Of a stretch of DNA of 27,555 bases, positions 23,727-27,555 are shown piece after piece. This stretch comes from an uncultured Verrucomicrobiota bacterium (GTDB taxonomy: Bacteria > Verrucomicrobiota > Verrucomicrobiia > Limisphaerales > CAZVRY01). The position numbers and the translations under genes were made by a program. Numbering within the stretch: position 1 is the stretch's first letter; each line of letters starts with the position of its first letter. Below the pieces are notes generated by a model. That model made no database searches. It worked only from the letters and a program-made list of their open reading frames with translations, and was not told the DNA's origin. The stretch lies in the NCBI GenBank assembly GCA_964629545.1, contig CAZVRY010000069.1:1-27555 (forward strand), in the 5' to 3' direction.

Positions 23727-23872
23727 ATTGATGAGTGCATAAGTAGACAGACACGGGATGGCTCCCCTCTCCCTATCTCCCTCTCCCCAACCCCGCTCCA
23801 TCGCTTCGCCTTCAAGGGTTGGGGAGAGGGATGGGGTGAGGGGTGTATGCTTACTTCTGCACTGATGAATAA
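23726..23872. repeat. MITE/REP-like palindromic repeat, copy R6 (family A, full length, opposite orientation to R4)
   Basis: TIRs attgatgagtgcataagtagacagacac ... gtgtatgcttacttctgcactgatgaat. Core ctctccccaaccccgctccatcgcttcgccttcaagggttggggagagggatggggtgagggg. Confidence 0.65.
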
Positions 23873-24068
23873 GCACTCCCGCGCAGCGCAGACCGCGGTG
23901 GCAGGTCTCGCGAGGGGCTCGTGGCCGCTGGGAGAAAGAACGCCCATCAGCCATTCCCGCCGGCCCACTTCCCGGCCCGGCCGGCGCGTCACCCACAACA
24001 ACCGCGCCGCGGCATCCAACACCGGCGACACCCGCCCCGCCGTTGTCGGCATGGCTGCAATCATGGCG

Positions 24069-24896
24069 TTAGAACTGAAAGCGACTGCCAACGCTGCCGA
24101 CGGAGATGCGCTCGGGGAAGGCGGCCCAGAGACGCGCGGTCGCCGCCGCCCCCGTGCAATGGGCCGGCACGAGCGTCTGCAAGTCCCGCGCGCGCAGCGC
24201 CTCCAGGGTGGCTTGCAGGCGCTCGGGCTTGGCCTGCAGGAGATGCAGTCCCCCAAGCACCGCCCGAATCCGCCTTCCCCCGGTCAGTTTCTCGACGTGA
24301 AGGAGCGTGTTGACCACGCCGGCATGCCCGCAGCCCAGCAAGACCACCACGCCCTCCGAGGTGTCGACACATAACGCCTGATCGTCGACCAACAGGTCCG
24401 GCTGCCGACAGTCCGCGTCCAGAAAGAAGGCCCCCCCCACATCCTCGAACGGAGTGACGCGCGGGATCTCCCCCGTGAGAAACACCCGGTCCGACAGGGC
24501 CGTCGGCGTGCGCGTGGACACCCAACCCGGCTCGGGGGCCTCGAGGATCCGCCGCGTGCGCTCGGGCAGGCCGATCGGGCGGCTGGTGCCGTCCGGATTG
24601 CCGCCATACTTCGGCGCCAGCGCGGCGGGATGGAGATGCAGACGAGCGCGCGGCGCCAGTCGGCAAACCGCCTCCAGCCCCCCCGTGTGATCATAGTGGC
24701 CATGACTGAAGGCGATCATCTCCACCTCCCGCAGAGCAACCCCCAAACGATCGGCGTTGGCGAGGACCAGCTCGCTTTGGCCCGTGTCAAACAGGAGCTG
24801 ATGCCGACCCACGACCAGGTGCACCGCAAGCCCGTGTTCGGCCTGCAACCCGGGCCCATACACGGTGTTCTCGACGAGGTAAGTGATCCAAATCAT
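24069..24896 (-). CDS. MBL-fold metallo-hydrolase (COG1237-like beta-lactamase superfamily II)
   Basis: ORF 24069..24959(-). Probable start MIWITYLVENT at 24896. Metal-binding motif IAFSHGHYDHTGG, plus downstream His/Asp ligands (LGCGHAGVVN). Confidence 0.85.
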   Translation of the reverse strand: MIWITYLVENTVYGPGLQAEHGLAVHLVVGRHQLLFDTGQSELVLANADRLGVALREVEMIAFSHGHYDHTGGLEAVCRLAPRARLHLHPAALAPKYGGNPDGTSRPIGLPERTRRILEAPEPGWVSTRTPTALSDRVFLTGEIPRVTPFEDVGGAFFLDADCRQPDLLVDDQALCVDTSEGVVVLLGCGHAGVVNTLLHVEKLTGGRRIRAVLGGLHLLQAKPERLQATLEALRARDLQTLVPAHCTGAAATARLWAAFPERISVGSVGSRFQF

Positions 24897-25402
24897 AGAC
24901 GTCACCTTGCGCCAACCGCAGGCACCACCACTGGCATAGCAGCGGAGGTGCCAAACCAAGGAGACGGGGCGGAACGGTGGTCTGGCGGGGTAAAGTGGAA
25001 TCCCGCCCGGTTCAGAAACCCGCCCCCTCCCCCAGCCACGCGAATTGCCACGGTCACACCCCGCGCAGAGTGGCTATTTGCCATGCCGCGGACGGAGGAC
25101 CACTCGGGGCGTCCCCGCCCCCGCCCTCCCCCTCCCCACCCCGGGGCGCTCGGTGGACTGGGGCGAGGTGCTCCTCCCTCGGGGTGGGCGGCGTTCCCGC
25201 GGGGTGAGCGGGTCGCGACGGCGGTTCCCCCGCGCTGCCCCACCTCCGGTCGGACGCGGCCTCCCGAACTTGGCACAAGACCAGCATCAGGACCGCAGAC
25301 TCCGTTCCCCGCCAGCGTCGGCACCCAGGCCCGCCTCTGCCGCCCCGACCTCCTGGTCGGGATCGAAGCCCTGGCCGCACTCTGCCGCAACCCGAACTCC
25401 TG

Positions 25403-27478
25403 ATGAGCCTCGTGGGCCCCCACCTCCGACGCCCGCAGCCGGCCTGCAGCCGCCCGTGGGGAGCATCGCTGACCCGTTGGTCGCGCCTCGGCGTGCTCCT
25501 GGCCCTGATTGGAACCGGGTCGCATCGCCTCCTCCCGGCGGCCCCCCAACCCGAGGTTGCCCTGGTGGTCACGCAACGGAGCCGCACCAACGCCCCGCCA
25601 GGGCCGCCAGCCACAACGATCCCCGCCGGCCGCCCCGACCAAAACCTCTGGACCGGCACCCGCCTCGTCGCCGTCACGCCGAACGGTCCCGGGCGGATCC
25701 TCACCGAGTCCTTTGCCTCCGCCTGCGATCCCAACGTCAGCCTCGACGGCCGCACCATCCTCTTCGCCGGCCAGCAAACCCCCCACGCCCCCTGGCGGGT
25801 CTACCAGATGAACGCAGACGGCTCCGCGCCACGCCCCGTGTCGCCGCCGGACATGGAAGGATGGAGCCCCATCTCCGTGTCCACGCTCTTCACCCTCGAT
25901 TCCCCCGAACCTTGGTTCACCACGGTCTTTGTGGGACGCCGCCGCGCGCCCGCCGCCGGAGACCCCGGCGCCGCACCGCAACTGTTCAACGTAAAACTGG
26001 ACGGAACCGAGCTTCGCCAACTGACCTTCCACGCCGGGCCCGCGCTGGACCCCATCCAGCGCTGGGACGGACGCCTCGTCTACGCCGCCCAACGCCCGCA
26101 GTTGGAAGCCGGCCCCGACCAGATGCGATCCGGCCTGTTCGCCATCCACCTCGAGGGCGCCGACCACGAACTCTACGCCGCCACCGCGCCGGATCTCTGC
26201 CCGCAACGGCCGTGCGCGACGGCCGGCGGCTGGTTGGTCTTCACCGAAAGCCCTCCGGCCCCTCCCAGCGAAGGGCGTCCTCCCGCCGCCGCCCTCGGGC
26301 CCACTCCTCACCCCCTGCCTCCACCGAACCCAACGATCGGCGGCCAGCTCGCCGCCGTCCACGAAAGCCGCCCCCATGCCTCCTACCGGAAACTCACCGA
26401 CGATCCCACCGTGCTCTACGCCTTCCCCTCTCCCTGGGTGGATGACGCCGTCCTGGTCGCACGCCGACCGAGAGCGGCCGGGGGTTCCTGGGCCATCGGG
26501 ATCTGGGAGATGAGGACGGGGCGCTGGGAACCGCTTTACGACACGCCCGACCACGACGAACTGCAAGCCGTGGTCCTGGGCCCGCGTCCGCCTCCGGACG
26601 GTCACTCGACGGTCGTCAACACCAAGGCCACCACGGGCGTCCTCTACGGACTCAACGTCTACGACGCCGAAGAACACCTGCGGACGAACCTGCCCGCGGG
26701 ATCCGTCCAACGGGTCCGCCTGATGGAAATGGTCGCCGCACCCCCCGCCCGCGACGGCCACGGCGCATCCCCCGGCCCGCCGCGATGGGTCCGGCGTTTG
26801 ATCGGCGAGGCCCCGGTGGAGGCCGACGGGTCGTTCAATGTGGAAGTGCCGGCCAGCGTGCCGGTCGTCCTGCAGACTCTCGACGAACGAGGATTGGCCC
26901 TGGCCACCTGCGGCGAACTCTGGGTCCAACCCAAGGAAACCCGCGGCTGCGTCGGATGCCATGAGGACCCCGAACTCATCCCCGAAAACCTCTACGTCGA
27001 GGCGCTCCGCCGCCCCTCCCACCGCCTCGTCCTCCCACCCGAACAGCGGCGAGCCGTCAGCTTCCGGCACGATGTCGCCCCGATCCTCCGGGACCATTGC
27101 GCCACCGCCGACTGTCACGCGTCCGCCGATTCCCCGCTGCCCATGGCGCTGGGCGCAAACCAAGGCGCCGCGCCCGCGCTGGAGGCCACCTACCTGGCCC
27201 TCCGGCGCCCCCTCCACCCTGCCCCTGCAGGTGCGGGGACGGACTGGCCCCTCGGACGCTATGTCGACGCCGGCCGGGCCCGCACGAGCTGGCTGACTTG
27301 GCAAGTGATGGGCACCAACACCAGCCGGCCGTGGGATCGTCTGCCCACCACCCCGACCCGCATCGTCAAGACGATGCCGCCGGTCGGCAAGGCCGCCCCG
27401 CTCAGCCCCGCGGAACTCACCACCCTCGTCCAATGGATCGATCTGGGAGCCACCCTCGACCCGCCATCCTCTCCATGA
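25403..27478 (+). CDS. Secreted PD40/TolB-like beta-propeller protein with a C-terminal Planctomycete-type cytochrome c (PSCyt1-like) region carrying CxxCH
   Basis: ORF 25403..27478(+). Signal-like WSRLGVLLALIGTG. PD40 repeats (DPNVSLDGRTILFAGQQ...WRVYQMNADGS; LFNVKLDGTELRQLTF). C-terminal GCVGCHEDPEL (canonical CXXCH). FRHDVAPILRDHCATADCHASAD ... LSPAELTTLVQWIDLGA matches the PSCyt1 pattern. Confidence 0.75.
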   Translation: MSLVGPHLRRPQPACSRPWGASLTRWSRLGVLLALIGTGSHRLLPAAPQPEVALVVTQRSRTNAPPGPPATTIPAGRPDQNLWTGTRLVAVTPNGPGRILTESFASACDPNVSLDGRTILFAGQQTPHAPWRVYQMNADGSAPRPVSPPDMEGWSPISVSTLFTLDSPEPWFTTVFVGRRRAPAAGDPGAAPQLFNVKLDGTELRQLTFHAGPALDPIQRWDGRLVYAAQRPQLEAGPDQMRSGLFAIHLEGADHELYAATAPDLCPQRPCATAGGWLVFTESPPAPPSEGRPPAAALGPTPHPLPPPNPTIGGQLAAVHESRPHASYRKLTDDPTVLYAFPSPWVDDAVLVARRPRAAGGSWAIGIWEMRTGRWEPLYDTPDHDELQAVVLGPRPPPDGHSTVVNTKATTGVLYGLNVYDAEEHLRTNLPAGSVQRVRLMEMVAAPPARDGHGASPGPPRWVRRLIGEAPVEADGSFNVEVPASVPVVLQTLDERGLALATCGELWVQPKETRGCVGCHEDPELIPENLYVEALRRPSHRLVLPPEQRRAVSFRHDVAPILRDHCATADCHASADSPLPMALGANQGAAPALEATYLALRRPLHPAPAGAGTDWPLGRYVDAGRARTSWLTWQVMGTNTSRPWDRLPTTPTRIVKTMPPVGKAAPLSPAELTTLVQWIDLGATLDPPSSP

Positions 27479-27501
27479 ACCGGAAAGGCAGAAGGAAGAG
27501 T

Positions 27502-27555
27502 GCAAGAGGCAGAATTCGTACTCTTGCTCTTGCTCTTGCTCTTGCTCTTGCTCCC
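27502..27555. repeat. Hairpin (GCAAGAG / CTCTTGC, 12-nt loop) followed by the hexanucleotide microsatellite (CTCTTG)n, at least 5.5 units, truncated by the window end
   Basis: The tandem repeat runs 27521-27555 and the inverted repeat spans 27502-27527. It lies 24 nt after the stop of the PD40 gene. It may be a terminator stem plus a simple-sequence repeat. Confidence 0.6.

Noticed and set aside
5384-23872. Recurrent near-identical segments, considered as a possible CRISPR array
   Set aside because: The copies are dispersed 2-10 kb apart and in both orientations. They are internally palindromic with TIRs, and there are no regularly spaced unique spacers. This is MITE/REP behaviour, not CRISPR.

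Overview
This is a high-GC (about 65-70%) bacterial chromosomal segment. Most real genes lie on the minus strand. Because of the GC content, most of the long ORFs in the supplied track are antisense or out-of-frame artefacts (R/P/G-rich translations); I ignored them.

Ordinary genes I could support, in order: a secreted GH18 chitinase (+); DNA-3-methyladenine glycosylase I Tag (-); a CocE/NonD (S15) hydrolase (-); the Mg2+ transporter MgtE (-); a NosL-family copper lipoprotein (-); an FtsX/FtsE-type ABC transporter with a His/Cys-rich polytopic membrane protein (-); an MBL-fold hydrolase (-); and a PD40 beta-propeller protein fused to a Planctomycete-type cytochrome c (PSCyt1-like, CxxCH) domain (+). 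The PSCyt1-like domain and the GC content hint at a PVC-superphylum (Planctomycetes-Verrucomicrobia-Chlamydiae; Verrucomicrobia/Planctomycetes-like) organism, but that is inference only.

The most interesting locus is a tightly coupled minus-strand operon at 5651-14391. It encodes a 733-aa flotillin (SPFH domain plus EA-repeat coiled coil), then a 1898-aa multidomain AAA+ P-loop ATPase, then a 273-aa helical/Pro-Ala-rich protein. I do not recognise this as a described system.

Between mgtE and the nosL operon, 16250-19620 is a patchwork of abortive-infection/toxin-antitoxin modules. These are an AbiEii-family nucleotidyltransferase toxin with a possible upstream partner, a decayed vapBC locus, and a minimal-nucleotidyltransferase pair with a small partner. 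The patch also contains gene fragments and at least six copies of a ~120-150 bp palindromic MITE/REP-like repeat family. The whole patch sits inside a direct segmental duplication of the nosL 3' end.

I found no rRNA, tRNA or CRISPR array.
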